Positions 42,307 to 52,600 of a stretch of DNA of 64,000 bases are shown here, piece after piece. A program made the position numbers and the translations under genes. The notes below the pieces were generated by a model. It did no database searches, was not told the DNA's origin, and worked only from the letters and a program-made list of their open reading frames with translations. How positions within the stretch are numbered: the stretch's first letter is position 1; every line of letters starts with the position of its first letter. Source of the DNA: Hydrurus foetidus (Eukaryota); assembly GCA_900617105.1 (NCBI GenBank), contig UYFQ01000023.1, forward strand, positions 434,001 through 498,000. The letters run 5' to 3'.

Positions 42307-43451
42307 CCATGCCAACCACACCGCACACGCCCGGCGCTAACGCTGTCGCTATTTCCCCCGTCGAAGACATCGTGGCCGAGATGCGTGCCGGGCGCATCGT
42401 CATTTTGGTGGACGAAGAAGACCGCGAAAACGAGGGCGATTTGGTGATGGCGGCTGACCACATCACCGCTGACGGCATCAACTTCATGGCCCGGTTCGGG
42501 CGCGGGCTGATTTGCCTCACCCTCACCCGCGAACGCTGCGAAACCCTGCGTCTGCCACCGATGGCCACGCGCAACGGCACCAAACATGCCACGGCGTTCA
42601 CGGTGTCGATTGAGGCCGCTGAGGGTGTCACCACCGGTATTTCTGCGGCTGACCGCGCCCGTACCGTGCAAGCCGCTGTGGCCGCCAACGCCCAGGCCGA
42701 CGATCTGGTTCAACCCGGCCATATCTTCCCACTCCAAGCGGTGGACGGTGGCGTGCTGATGCGTGCAGGCCACACCGAAGCGGGTTGCGACTTGGCTGCG
42801 ATGGCCGGGTGCTCACCCAGCGCGGTGATTTGCGAAATCATGAAAGACGACGGCACGATGGCTCGTCTGCCTGATTTGCAGCTTTTTGCGGCTGAGCATG
42901 GTTTGAAAATCGGCACCATTGCCGATTTGATCGCCCACCGCAGCCAAAACGATTCGCTTATCGAAAAAATCGGCGAACGGGTGCTGCGCACAGCGCATGG
43001 CGACTTCACGGCCCACGCCTTTCGCGACAAACCCAGCCAGGGCGTGCATTTGGCCTTGGTCAAGGGTGAGTGGCAAGCTGATGAAGCCGTGCTGGCCCGT
43101 GTGCATGAGCCGCTGTCGGTGCTCGACACGCTGGAAGTGGGCCGCTCCATGCATTCCTGGGGCTTGGACGAAAGTCTGGCCCGCATCGCCTTGGACGGCA
43201 AAGGCGTGGCCGTGCTCTTGAACTGCGGCGAAAGCGCCGAACAGTTGCTTACCCAGTTTGAAGGCAAGGCCCGTGCGGCCCAAGCCCCCGAGCGCGGCCG
43301 CATGGACTTGCGCACCTACGGGATTGGTGCGCAAATCTTGCGCGAGTGCGGCGTGCATAAAATGACCCTCATGGGCAACCCGCGCCGCATGCCCAGCATG
43401 ACGGGCTACGGCCTGGAAATTGTGGGCTATTTGCCCAAGTCTGCGGTGTAA
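42303..43451 (+). CDS. ribB: DHBP synthase fused to a degenerate GTP cyclohydrolase II-like domain (RibBX type)
   Basis: [32 protein letters not shown]; the C-terminal domain lacks the Zn-binding Cys cluster. Confidence 0.9.
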   Translation: MTMPTTPHTPGANAVAISPVEDIVAEMRAGRIVILVDEEDRENEGDLVMAADHITADGINFMARFGRGLICLTLTRERCETLRLPPMATRNGTKHATAFTVSIEAAEGVTTGISAADRARTVQAAVAANAQADDLVQPGHIFPLQAVDGGVLMRAGHTEAGCDLAAMAGCSPSAVICEIMKDDGTMARLPDLQLFAAEHGLKIGTIADLIAHRSQNDSLIEKIGERVLRTAHGDFTAHAFRDKPSQGVHLALVKGEWQADEAVLARVHEPLSVLDTLEVGRSMHSWGLDESLARIALDGKGVAVLLNCGESAEQLLTQFEGKARAAQAPERGRMDLRTYGIGAQILRECGVHKMTLMGNPRRMPSMTGYGLEIVGYLPKSAV

Positions 43452-43545
43452 CAGCACCCCTGTCCAGCCCCTGGCCCTCCGTTTCAGCCAGCCCCTTTCA
43501 TCCCAATTCACCCCATTTCCACCTCTTTTTCACAGGCATACCACT

Positions 43546-44022
43546 ATGTTCGGCGCAGACAAAGGAACCCTCAGTTCCGAAGACCAAAAACTCGACGGCC
43601 ACAAGCTCTACATCGGCATCGTGCAAGCCCGCTTCAACGACAGCATCACCGACGCGCTGGCCCGTGCCTGCAAGGCAGAACTTCTCGCCTTGGGCGTGCT
43701 GGAAAAGCACATCCACCTGGTTCAAGTACCCGGCGCTTTGGAAATCCCCGTGGCGCTGCAAGCGATGGCCGAGAGCGACAAGTTTGATGCGCTGATCGCA
43801 CTGGGCTGCATCATCCGAGGTGAAACCTACCACTTTGAACTGGTGGCGAACGAATCTGCTGCGGGCATCACCCGCGTGGGCTTGGATTTCCAGTTGCCCA
43901 TTGCCAATGCCGTGCTGACCACCGACACCGTGGGCCAAGCCCTGGCCCGCCAAACCGAAAAAGGCGCTGACGCGGCCCGTGTGGCTGTGGAAATGGCGAA
44001 TTTGCTGGAATCGCTGTCATGA
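43546..44022 (+). CDS. ribH: 6,7-dimethyl-8-ribityllumazine synthase
   Basis: [25 protein letters not shown]. Confidence 0.96.
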   Translation: MFGADKGTLSSEDQKLDGHKLYIGIVQARFNDSITDALARACKAELLALGVLEKHIHLVQVPGALEIPVALQAMAESDKFDALIALGCIIRGETYHFELVANESAAGITRVGLDFQLPIANAVLTTDTVGQALARQTEKGADAARVAVEMANLLESLS

Positions 44023-44672
44023 ACGGCGCTACCACCAACACAGACAGCTTCCCCGATATTTCACAACTCAAAGAAGTCCCCGGCGCACCCGCAAAAGCAT
44101 CGCGCACCGGCATGACCAGCACCGGCGCCCGCAAAGCCGCCTCTAAATCCAACCGCACCCGTGCCCGCGAGTTCGCTTTGCAAGCGCTGTACCAGCACAT
44201 GGTCGGCAAAAACGAAGCCAAGGCGATTGACTATTTCACACGTGATTTGGCCGGTTTCCACAAAGCCGATGCAGCCCACTACAACGCCTTGCTGCACGGT
44301 TGCATCGACAACGCTGAAGCCTTGGACGCGATGATCTTGCCACTGCTTGACCGCAAAATGGCTGAGATTTCCCCCATTGAGCACAGCGTGATGTGGCTGG
44401 GTGCCTACGAATTTCAGAACTGTCTGGACGTGCCTTGGCGCGTGGTACTCAACGAGTACATCGAGCTGGCCAAAGAGTTCGGTGGCACCGATGGGCACAA
44501 GTACGTGAACGCGGTGCTGAACGGCCTCGCCCCCACGCTGCGCCGCGACGAGGTGACGGCAGACAAGGGCAACGGTAAAGCCAAACCACGCCCCGCATCC
44601 ACCGCCAAGGCCAGCATCACGCCCACCACAGCGACCCCCACCGTCACCTACGCCAAGCCCTCTGAAGGCTGA
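44019..44672 (+). CDS. nusB: Transcription antitermination factor NusB
   Basis: [32 protein letters not shown]; follows ribH. Confidence 0.95.
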   Translation: MNGATTNTDSFPDISQLKEVPGAPAKASRTGMTSTGARKAASKSNRTRAREFALQALYQHMVGKNEAKAIDYFTRDLAGFHKADAAHYNALLHGCIDNAEALDAMILPLLDRKMAEISPIEHSVMWLGAYEFQNCLDVPWRVVLNEYIELAKEFGGTDGHKYVNAVLNGLAPTLRRDEVTADKGNGKAKPRPASTAKASITPTTATPTVTYAKPSEG

Positions 44673-44697
44673 GGATCAGGAAAATGAGGTTGACACT

Positions 44698-45885
44698 TTG
44701 CGAATAGCCGCCCGCGCCCAGCGCATTGAGCCGTTTTACGTGATGGAAATCGCCAAGGCCGCACAGCGCCTGGGCCACCAGGTGCGTGACACGGCAGAGC
44801 CGATGATTTACCTCAACATCGGCGAGCCCGACTTCACCGCGCCGCCGCTGGTACAAGAGGCCGCTGCCCGCGCCATCCACCACGGCCACACCCAGTACAC
44901 CCAGGCAACAGGGCTAGAGGTTTTGCGCGAGCGCATCAGCGGCTGGTATGCGAGCCGCTTTGGCCTGAGCATCCCAGCGGGTCGAATTGTCGTGACCGCT
45001 GGCGCGTCTGCGGCCCTGCAACTGGCCTGCTTGGCCTTGATTGAAGCGGGCGATGAGGTGCTGATGCCCGACCCCAGCTACCCCTGCAACCGGCACTTCG
45101 TCAGCGCCGCAGAAGGCCGGGCAGTGTTAGTCCCCACTACCACCGCAGAACGCTACCAACTGAGCGCTGAGAAAGTGGCCGCCGCGTGGACACCGCGTAC
45201 CCGTGGTGTGTTGCTCGCCTCGCCCAGCAACCCCACCGGCACCTCTATCCACCCGGATGAGCTGCGCCGCATCCACGAGGTGGTGACGCGCCGAGGCGGC
45301 ATCACGCTGATTGACGAAATTTACCTAGGGCTGAGCCACGACGATGCTTTTGGCCAGAGCGCTTTGGGCATTGACGACAACATCATCAGCGTCAACAGCT
45401 TCTCGAAATACTTCAACATGACGGGCTGGCGCTTGGGTTGGCTGGTGGTGCCACAAACGCTGGTGCCAGTGATCGAGCGTATCGCGCAAAACCTGTTCAT
45501 CTGCCCCAGCACCATTGCCCAACACGCCGCACTGGCCTGCTTTGAAGCCGAGAGCCTGGCCGAATACGAGCGTCGCCGTGCTGAATTCAAAGCCCGGCGG
45601 GATTACTTCATCCCCGCGCTGCAAGCAATGGGCCTGAAAGTACCTGTGATGCCCGATGGTGCTTTCTACGCCTGGGCGGATTGCTCTGAAGTTTGCAGCA
45701 CATTAGGCATCAAAGACAGCTGGGATTTCGCCTTTGAAGTGATGCAACGCGCCCATGTGGCACTGACACCGGGGCGCGATTTCGGCGTGGATGGCATGGA
45801 AAACTTTGTGCGGTTTTCCACTGCCAACAGCATGGTGCAACTGCAAGAATCGGTGCGCCGCCTGCGCCACATGCTTGCGGCCTGA
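44698..45885 (+). CDS. PLP-dependent class I/II aminotransferase
   Basis: GEPDF, SPSNPTG, DEIY, SFSKYFNMTGWRLG. Confidence 0.93.
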   Translation: MRIAARAQRIEPFYVMEIAKAAQRLGHQVRDTAEPMIYLNIGEPDFTAPPLVQEAAARAIHHGHTQYTQATGLEVLRERISGWYASRFGLSIPAGRIVVTAGASAALQLACLALIEAGDEVLMPDPSYPCNRHFVSAAEGRAVLVPTTTAERYQLSAEKVAAAWTPRTRGVLLASPSNPTGTSIHPDELRRIHEVVTRRGGITLIDEIYLGLSHDDAFGQSALGIDDNIISVNSFSKYFNMTGWRLGWLVVPQTLVPVIERIAQNLFICPSTIAQHAALACFEAESLAEYERRRAEFKARRDYFIPALQAMGLKVPVMPDGAFYAWADCSEVCSTLGIKDSWDFAFEVMQRAHVALTPGRDFGVDGMENFVRFSTANSMVQLQESVRRLRHMLAA

Positions 45886-45954
45886 ACGAGGCCCTCGTTC
45901 AACACAAACTCCTTTTACTCCCCCACTCCTTCTACCAAGTTAGCAAGTACCTCC

Positions 45955-46647
45955 ATGAACCAAGACATGTCCATTTTGACCATGGTGCTCCACGCCAGTT
46001 GGGTGGTGCAGGCCGTGATGGCTTTGCTGATGGGTGTTTCCATCGCCAGTTGGGCCGCTATTTTTCGCAAGCTCTTCTCGCTGGCCCGTATCAAGAAGCT
46101 CAACGACCAGTTTGAGCGCGATTTCTGGTCAGGCACCAATTTGAACGACCTGTTCGCGTCCGCCGCGCAAAACGCCACGCAGGCCGGGCCCATGGAGCGG
46201 ATTTTTGCCAGCGGCATGCGCGAGTTTCAAAAACTGCGCGAGCGCCGCATCAACGACGTGGGCACGCTGATGGACGGTGCCCGGCGTGCCATGCGGGCGA
46301 GCTTTCAGCGCGAGATGGACACCATCGAGTCGCAGTTATCGTTCCTCGCCTCGGTAGGCTCGGTGTCGCCTTATGTGGGCTTGTTTGGCACAGTCTGGGG
46401 CATCATGCACGCCTTCACCGGCTTGGCAGGCTTGCAAACCGTCACGCTGGCCACGGTAGCCCCTGGCATTGCGGAAGCGCTGGTGGCGACGGCCATCGGC
46501 CTGTTCTCGGCCATCCCCGCCGTGGTCGCGTACAACCGGTTTGCACGGGACATTGACCGCATCAGCATCCACTTGGAGACCTTTATCGAAGAGTTCTCCA
46601 ACATCTTGCAACGTAACCTGGGTAGCAATACCCCCGCCGGAGGCTAA
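45955..46647 (+). CDS. tolQ: Tol-Pal system protein TolQ
   Basis: FERDFWSG, SPYVGLFGTVWGIM, APGIAEAL. Confidence 0.95.
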   Translation: MNQDMSILTMVLHASWVVQAVMALLMGVSIASWAAIFRKLFSLARIKKLNDQFERDFWSGTNLNDLFASAAQNATQAGPMERIFASGMREFQKLRERRINDVGTLMDGARRAMRASFQREMDTIESQLSFLASVGSVSPYVGLFGTVWGIMHAFTGLAGLQTVTLATVAPGIAEALVATAIGLFSAIPAVVAYNRFARDIDRISIHLETFIEEFSNILQRNLGSNTPAGG

Positions 46648-46649
46648 GC

Positions 46650-47093
46650 ATGGCATCCACCGTTTCGCGGGGCCGAGGTCGCCGCACCATCAACGAGATC
46701 AACATGGTGCCCTTCATTGACGTGATGCTGGTGCTGCTCATCATTTTCATGGTGACAGCGCCCCTCATCACGCCCAGCATGATCGACTTGCCCAGCATCG
46801 GCAAAGCCGGTCGCCAGCCTGACCAGGTGCTGCAAATCATCATCGGCAAAAACGAGCGGCTGGAACTGAAAGGCAAAGACGGCAGCAAGCCGACCACGCT
46901 GGCAAACGTGGCCAACATGGTGAAGCAAGCCCAAGCCAAAAATGCCAACCCCGACAGTGACATCGCAATATCTACCGCTGTGGTCATCAGCGCTGACCGC
47001 AGCGTGAAGTACGAGCAAGTAGTCAAAGTGATGGACACACTGCAACGTGCGGGCATCCAGCGCGTGGGCCTTTCCGTGCAGCTGGTCAACTGA
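46650..47093 (+). CDS. tolR: Tol-Pal system protein TolR
   Basis: EINMVPFIDVMLVLLIIFMV, ISAD..V.Y..VV. Confidence 0.93.
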   Translation: MASTVSRGRGRRTINEINMVPFIDVMLVLLIIFMVTAPLITPSMIDLPSIGKAGRQPDQVLQIIIGKNERLELKGKDGSKPTTLANVANMVKQAQAKNANPDSDIAISTAVVISADRSVKYEQVVKVMDTLQRAGIQRVGLSVQLVN

Positions 47094-47116
47094 TTTTTGC
47101 GGCGAACCCTATTGCC

Positions 47117-48280
47117 ATGACGGCCATGCCCCCCCAAAAAGCCACGACCACCGCCCGAACGCTGGCGCAGCGCCTGGAATTCGCACCGCCCACAACGCGC
47201 GGCGGGCTGCCATCGGCGAGCTTGGCCGTGCTGGTGCATTTGGCCTTGCTGGGTGCGCTGACCTGGGGCGTGCAGTGGAAGCAGCAGGTAGAAAGCCCGG
47301 TGATTGACGCTGAATTGTGGTCGTCCGTACCCGTGCTGGCAGCACCCAAACCCATTGAGCTACCCGTGCCTGAGCCGGTCTCACAACCCCCACCCAAGCC
47401 AGCACAAGAGCCTCCACCGCCTGAACCCATCGTCCCCAAAAGACTGGCCCCACCACCGCCCCCACCCACGCCTGTGGCCGAAGTGAAAGACGCTCAAATT
47501 GCGCTGGAGCGCGAAAAGAAACGCGAAAAACGCAAAGCCGAAGTGCTGGCTCTAGAGCAACAAGCGGAACGCGCGCTTGAGCAAAAGCGCTTGGACAAGC
47601 TCAAAAAACGTGAAGAAGAAAAGCAAGCAGAAAAATTAACGCTTGCCAAAGAAGAGGCTCTGGCCAAACTAGAGAAATTAGAAAAAGAAAAGTTGGCGAA
47701 GAAAAAACTCGCCAAAGAGAAGGAAGAGCAAGAACTGAAAGAAGCGCAAGACAAAAAACTGGCCGACAAGAAGCTCGCTGAGAAAGAAAAAGCCAAAAAA
47801 CGCGAAGCTGAGCAGCGTGCGGCTGAAGAGCAGGCCTTGAAAGCTGAAAAGGCCGACAAAGCAGATAAGGCGGCAAAAGCGGCTGATGCCAAAGCCACCA
47901 AGGCGCAAGCTGCTGCTGAGCGTGAAAAACAAATGCAGCGCGTGATGGGCATGGCAGGAGCCAATGGCGACGCTAACGCCACCGGCACAGCCCAAAAATC
48001 AGCTGGCCCGTCTGCCAACTACGCCGGGCGCATTGCAGCCAGCATCAAACGAAACATCGTCTTCCCGGACGACATTCCCGGCAACCCGGTGACAGAGGTG
48101 GAAGTACGCACCGCGCCCGATGGCAGCGTTGTCGGTACACCACGGGTGACAAAATCCAGCGGTGTCAAAACCTGGGACGATGCGGTGGTGAATGCGATTT
48201 TGAAGACTGAAGTCTTGCCACGGGATGTGGATGGCCGTATACCGCAGGTCATCCCCATGCGCTTTAAATTCAAAGACTGA
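47117..48280 (+). CDS. tolA: Tol-Pal system protein TolA
   Basis: TM with His, Pro-rich then Lys/Glu/Ala-rich linker, C-terminal KSSG...WDDAV..AI domain. Confidence 0.9.
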   Translation: MTAMPPQKATTTARTLAQRLEFAPPTTRGGLPSASLAVLVHLALLGALTWGVQWKQQVESPVIDAELWSSVPVLAAPKPIELPVPEPVSQPPPKPAQEPPPPEPIVPKRLAPPPPPPTPVAEVKDAQIALEREKKREKRKAEVLALEQQAERALEQKRLDKLKKREEEKQAEKLTLAKEEALAKLEKLEKEKLAKKKLAKEKEEQELKEAQDKKLADKKLAEKEKAKKREAEQRAAEEQALKAEKADKADKAAKAADAKATKAQAAAEREKQMQRVMGMAGANGDANATGTAQKSAGPSANYAGRIAASIKRNIVFPDDIPGNPVTEVEVRTAPDGSVVGTPRVTKSSGVKTWDDAVVNAILKTEVLPRDVDGRIPQVIPMRFKFKD

Positions 48281-48296
48281 CGCTCTGTCGTTCAGC

Positions 48297-49019
48297 TCAG
48301 CGCAGCGTCACTTCAATCCGGCGGTTGCGCGGCTCAGCGGTGTTGTCCGCTGTGGGCACCAGAGGCAAGTCTTCACCATCAGAGCCGATTTCCAAACTTA
48401 CCGCATTCAGCCCTTTGCCTTTCAGTATTTCGGCAAAGGTACGCGCACGGCGCAAGCCCAATGCAAAGTTGGCATCCGCATCACCTCGGGTATCGGTGTG
48501 ACCCACCACATTTACCTCCAGCGCAGAAAACTGCCGTGCGCGGGCCAAGATAGTGTTCAGCACGGCAATGGATTCTGCGGTCAGGCTGCTGTCACCCGAC
48601 GCGAAGTAGATACGGTAATGCTCTGGCAGCAGCGGTCTGGCCGCCATCACGGCACCGAAATCTCGCTGAAGCTGCTGGTCTGACACCGGGAACGGTGGCG
48701 CAGTGCCATCCAAACCACCACCCTGCTTGGGGCGGTTCAAGGTTTGCCGCCCACCACGCTGGTTTTGCACAGTAACCTGCCCTGTCGTGCCATCTGCATT
48801 GGGTAGCAGCACCAAATACGAAGGAGGTACATCGGGGAGGGGTGCAGCCTGCGGTTGCGGATAGTAAATAGGCTGTGGTGTGCTCCAAAGCAGCAGCGGT
48901 GGGGGTGGTTGCAGGCGCTCAGCGCAACCCACCAACAACAGCGTGGCAACGCCCAAAACCACACCAATACCATCCATGCGCCTTAACGGGAGGCGCACAG
49001 CCTCTGAATTTGACTTCAT
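48297..49019 (-). CDS. OmpA-family lipoprotein
   Basis: Lipobox LVGC; GHTDTRG...N..LG.RRA; NRRIEV. Confidence 0.85.
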   Translation of the reverse strand: MKSNSEAVRLPLRRMDGIGVVLGVATLLLVGCAERLQPPPPLLLWSTPQPIYYPQPQAAPLPDVPPSYLVLLPNADGTTGQVTVQNQRGGRQTLNRPKQGGGLDGTAPPFPVSDQQLQRDFGAVMAARPLLPEHYRIYFASGDSSLTAESIAVLNTILARARQFSALEVNVVGHTDTRGDADANFALGLRRARTFAEILKGKGLNAVSLEIGSDGEDLPLVPTADNTAEPRNRRIEVTLR

Positions 49020-49537
49020 TGTGGGTCTACTCTCACTACAAACTGTGTACCCCGCACGCCGATCATGCCGGTAGGGGTTTTGACGTTCACACCATCGGGG
49101 CGCAGCTTGGCGATTTGCCCCGACACATAGTTCAACGTGCCCCGCGTTAACGAGGCTACCAAGCTGAGTTGGCCTTCACGCGGAGCGAACAGGTACTGGT
49201 CAATCACCAGTTGCGTATCCGGCCCCATCGACATCACGGTTTCATCTTTGAACGTGATGCCTAACGTACTGCCAGAAGCAGTGACCAAACGGCTGCCCAG
49301 GTACACCAAGGCACCCAAGGCGGCAGGCACACGCTGACCATTCCACTCTAAAAAAGCTTGGCCAGCCACGGTTTTCACCATGCCTACCGGACTGAGGTTG
49401 GGGCTGGGAGCGGTCTGGGCGAAGGTGAACGGTACAACCCCCAACGCCACAATGGCCGTCAGAAGTTGACGCCGTAACAGCGGCGAACGCACTCGCACCT
49501 TCAACGAATTCGCTTGTAAAGGGGTAAAAATAGTCAT
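49016..49537 (-). CDS. Exported FecR-domain protein
   Basis: Signal peptide; ITFKDETVMSMGPDT, VKTPTGMIGVRGTQF; ATGA overlap with the OmpA gene. Confidence 0.82.
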   Translation of the reverse strand: MTIFTPLQANSLKVRVRSPLLRRQLLTAIVALGVVPFTFAQTAPSPNLSPVGMVKTVAGQAFLEWNGQRVPAALGALVYLGSRLVTASGSTLGITFKDETVMSMGPDTQLVIDQYLFAPREGQLSLVASLTRGTLNYVSGQIAKLRPDGVNVKTPTGMIGVRGTQFVVRVDPQ

Positions 49538-49665
49538 GCGTTTGAGTTTACGTTCTGACGGGATTTCAGTGGTGCATGCAGGTGATGCGCAAATTCACAC
49601 ACGCGGAGTAGTTCACAAACTCAGGCACAAACTCATCCCTTGCACCGCACTTACTCGGCACTTGC

Positions 49666-52600
49666 TCACTCGTACACCACCACAGCCCGTCCCTCATGCG
49701 CCTGCGCCGCCCAGCCGCTGAGCGCGGCATCTGTGGGGAAAAACTTGGCCCGTTCATCCAGACTCAGCTCAACTGCCAGCGTCTCGCGCAGCACATTCAG
49801 CCGCACGCTCAGACCGCGCACCAACTCACCTTCTTCGCTGACTTCGCGTTGCGCGGGGAAGTCCCGCACCAGCGCGTGAATATCGGGCGCTTTACCGTTC
49901 ACCGCCACGCGCAGGTACTTACCAAAGCGACAGCGGGCCGTCGCCAAGTCCCAAATCTGGTTGACTTGCAAGCGCAGACCACCAGAAAAACGATCGTTTT
50001 GCACTTTGCCTTGAATGATGACAAGCTCATCGTCTTTCAGCAGGTTACGGTTCGCGTTCATCAGCGCCTCGCTGGCGCTGGCCTCCAGCACGCTGGTGCC
50101 ATCGTCCAGTTTGAACAAACCCTGCTTGCCGCGCTGGCCGTTGATGATGCGAAAATCGGTGACGATGCCGGCCAGCAACTGCTGGTCTTTGCTGTCGCCG
50201 ATGTCTTCCAAGCGCCGCTTGATGAAGTTGCTGATCTCGGGTGCTACTTCGTCGTACAAATGGCCTGAGAGGTAAAAGCCCAGCGCGGTTTTCTCCAGCG
50301 TCAACTGCTCCTTCACGCCCCAGGGTGCGGTGGGCACCAAATCGGGCTCTTGCGTGCTTGAGCCGTGGTCGTCGTCGCCGCCCATCATGTCGAACAAGCC
50401 GCCTTGGTTGACATTGGCCTGCTGCGCAGCGGCGAACTCAAAAGCGCGGTCAACCGAGGCGATCAACATGGCGCGGTTCGGCTCAATGCAGTCAAATGCA
50501 CCGGCTTTGATCAACGCTTCCACCGCCCGTTTGTTGAACTTGCTGCGGTCTACCCGCACGCAAAAATCAAACAGGCTTTTGAACGGGCCAGCCTCACCGC
50601 CGCGCTCGGTCGCGCCTTTGCCTTCGCGGGCGGCAACGATGGCCTCCACCGCCTGCTGGCCCGTGCCTTTGACTGCGCCCAAGCCGTAGCGAATCTCTTT
50701 GTTCGAGATAGGCTCAAAACGGTAGCGGCCCGTGTTGATGTTGGGCGGCTCGAAGGTCAAGCCAAATTTTTTCTCGGCATCTTCAAACAGCACACGCAGC
50801 TTGTCGGTGTCATCCATTTCCACCGTCATGTTGGCGCAAAAGAACTCAGCCGTGTAATGCACCTTGAGCCAACCGGTGTGGTACGCAAGCAGCGAGTAAG
50901 CAGCGGCGTGCGACTTGTTGAAGCCATAGCCCGCGAACTTCTCCATCAAGTCGAAAATCTCGTCAGCCTTGGCCTCGTTGATGTCGTTTTTGGCGGCACC
51001 CAGGCGGAAGATGCCACGGTGCTCGGCCATTTCTTCGGCCTTTTTCTTGCCCATCGCCCGGCGCAGCATGTCCGCGCCGCCCAGCGAATAGCCGCCCAAA
51101 ATCTGCGCCGTCTGCATCACCTGCTCTTGGTAAACCATGATGCCGTAGGTTTCGCTGAGCATGTTCGCCACCAGCGGGTGCGGGTACTCCACCACCTCGC
51201 GCCCGTGCTTGCGGGCCACGAAACTAGGGATCAGATCCATAGGGCCGGGGCGGTACAAGGCGTTCAGCGCAATCAGGTCTTCAAGGCGGGTAGGTCGGGC
51301 GTCTTTCAACATGCCCTGCATACCCCGGCTTTCAAACTGGAACACGGCTTCGGTTTTACCGTCTGAAAACAGCTTGTAGGTAGGCGTGTCGTCGAGCGGG
51401 ATGTTCTCGAACGCAAAATTCTCCTGCCCTTTGTGGCGGGCGCGGATAAAGTCTTTGGCGATCTCCAAAATCGTGAGCGTGGCCAATCCCAAAAAGTCGA
51501 ACTTGACCAAGCCGATGGCTTCCACATCGTCTTTGTCGTACTGGCTGACCGCTGAATCACTGCCGGGCTGCTGGTAGAGCGGGCAAAAATCAGTCAACTT
51601 GCCGGGCGCAATCAGCACCCCACCGGCGTGCATACCGATGTTGCGCGTCATGCCCTCCAGCTTTTGCGCCAGCTCGATCAGCGTTTTAACGTCTTCTTCG
51701 TTCGCTATGCGTTCGGCCAGCACCGGCTCCATTGCGATGGCGTAGTTGTTTTTATCACCCTCTTTGGGGGTGGCCGGCGGGTACTGCAAGGTGACGCTCA
51801 TGCCCGGTTTGTTGGGGATGAGTTTGCTGATGCCGTCGCAAAAGGTGTAGCTCATGTCCAGCACGCGGCCCACGTCGCGGATGGCGGCGCGTGCGGCCAT
51901 CGTGCCGAAAGTGGCGATCTGGCTGACGGCGTTGCGACCGTACTTGTCCTTCACATAGTCGATCACCCGGTCGCGGTTGCCCTGGCAAAAGTCGATGTCA
52001 AAGTCGGGCATCGAGACGCGCTCAGGGTTCAAAAACCGCTCGAACAGCAAGTTGTACTGCAAGGGGTCCAGGTCGGTGATGGACAAAGCATAGGCCACCA
52101 GCGAACCCGCGCCAGAACCCCGCCCTGGCCCGACAGGGCAGCCGTTGTTTTTGGCCCAGTGGATGAAGTCGGACACGATCAAAAAGTAACCGGGGAAATC
52201 CATCTTCAAGATCACGTTGAGCTCGAACTCCAGCCGCGTCTCGTAGGTGGGCCGTTGCTTTTCGCGCGCTGTCTCGTTCGGGTAGAGGTGAATCAGCCGC
52301 TGCTTCAGGCCCTCGTGCGAGGCGTAGCGAAAGTAGGCATCAATGCTCAATTTTTCGCCATTCACCAGCGGTGTAGGAAACTCAGGCAGCATGGATTTGC
52401 CCAGCACCAGCGTCAGGTTACAGCGCTTGGCAATCTCAAGCGTATTGGCTACAGCGCTTGGAATATCAGCGAATAATGCTATCATTTCAGAAGCACTCTT
52501 GTGGTACTGGTCGCGCGTAAAGCGGCGTACCCGCTTGGGGTTGCTCAGGATCTCACCGTCAGAGATGCACACACGGGCTTCGTGCGCCTCGTAGTCGTCT

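Noticed and set aside
47490..47940. A-rich repetitive tract
   Set aside because: Normal Lys/Glu/Ala helical linker of TolA; not a CRISPR or tandem array.
49600..49665. Short repeats CACAAACTCA x2 and GCACTT(A/G)CTC x2; similarly CGCTTATGA x2 near 56063
   Set aside because: Two-copy micro-duplications without array structure or supporting context.
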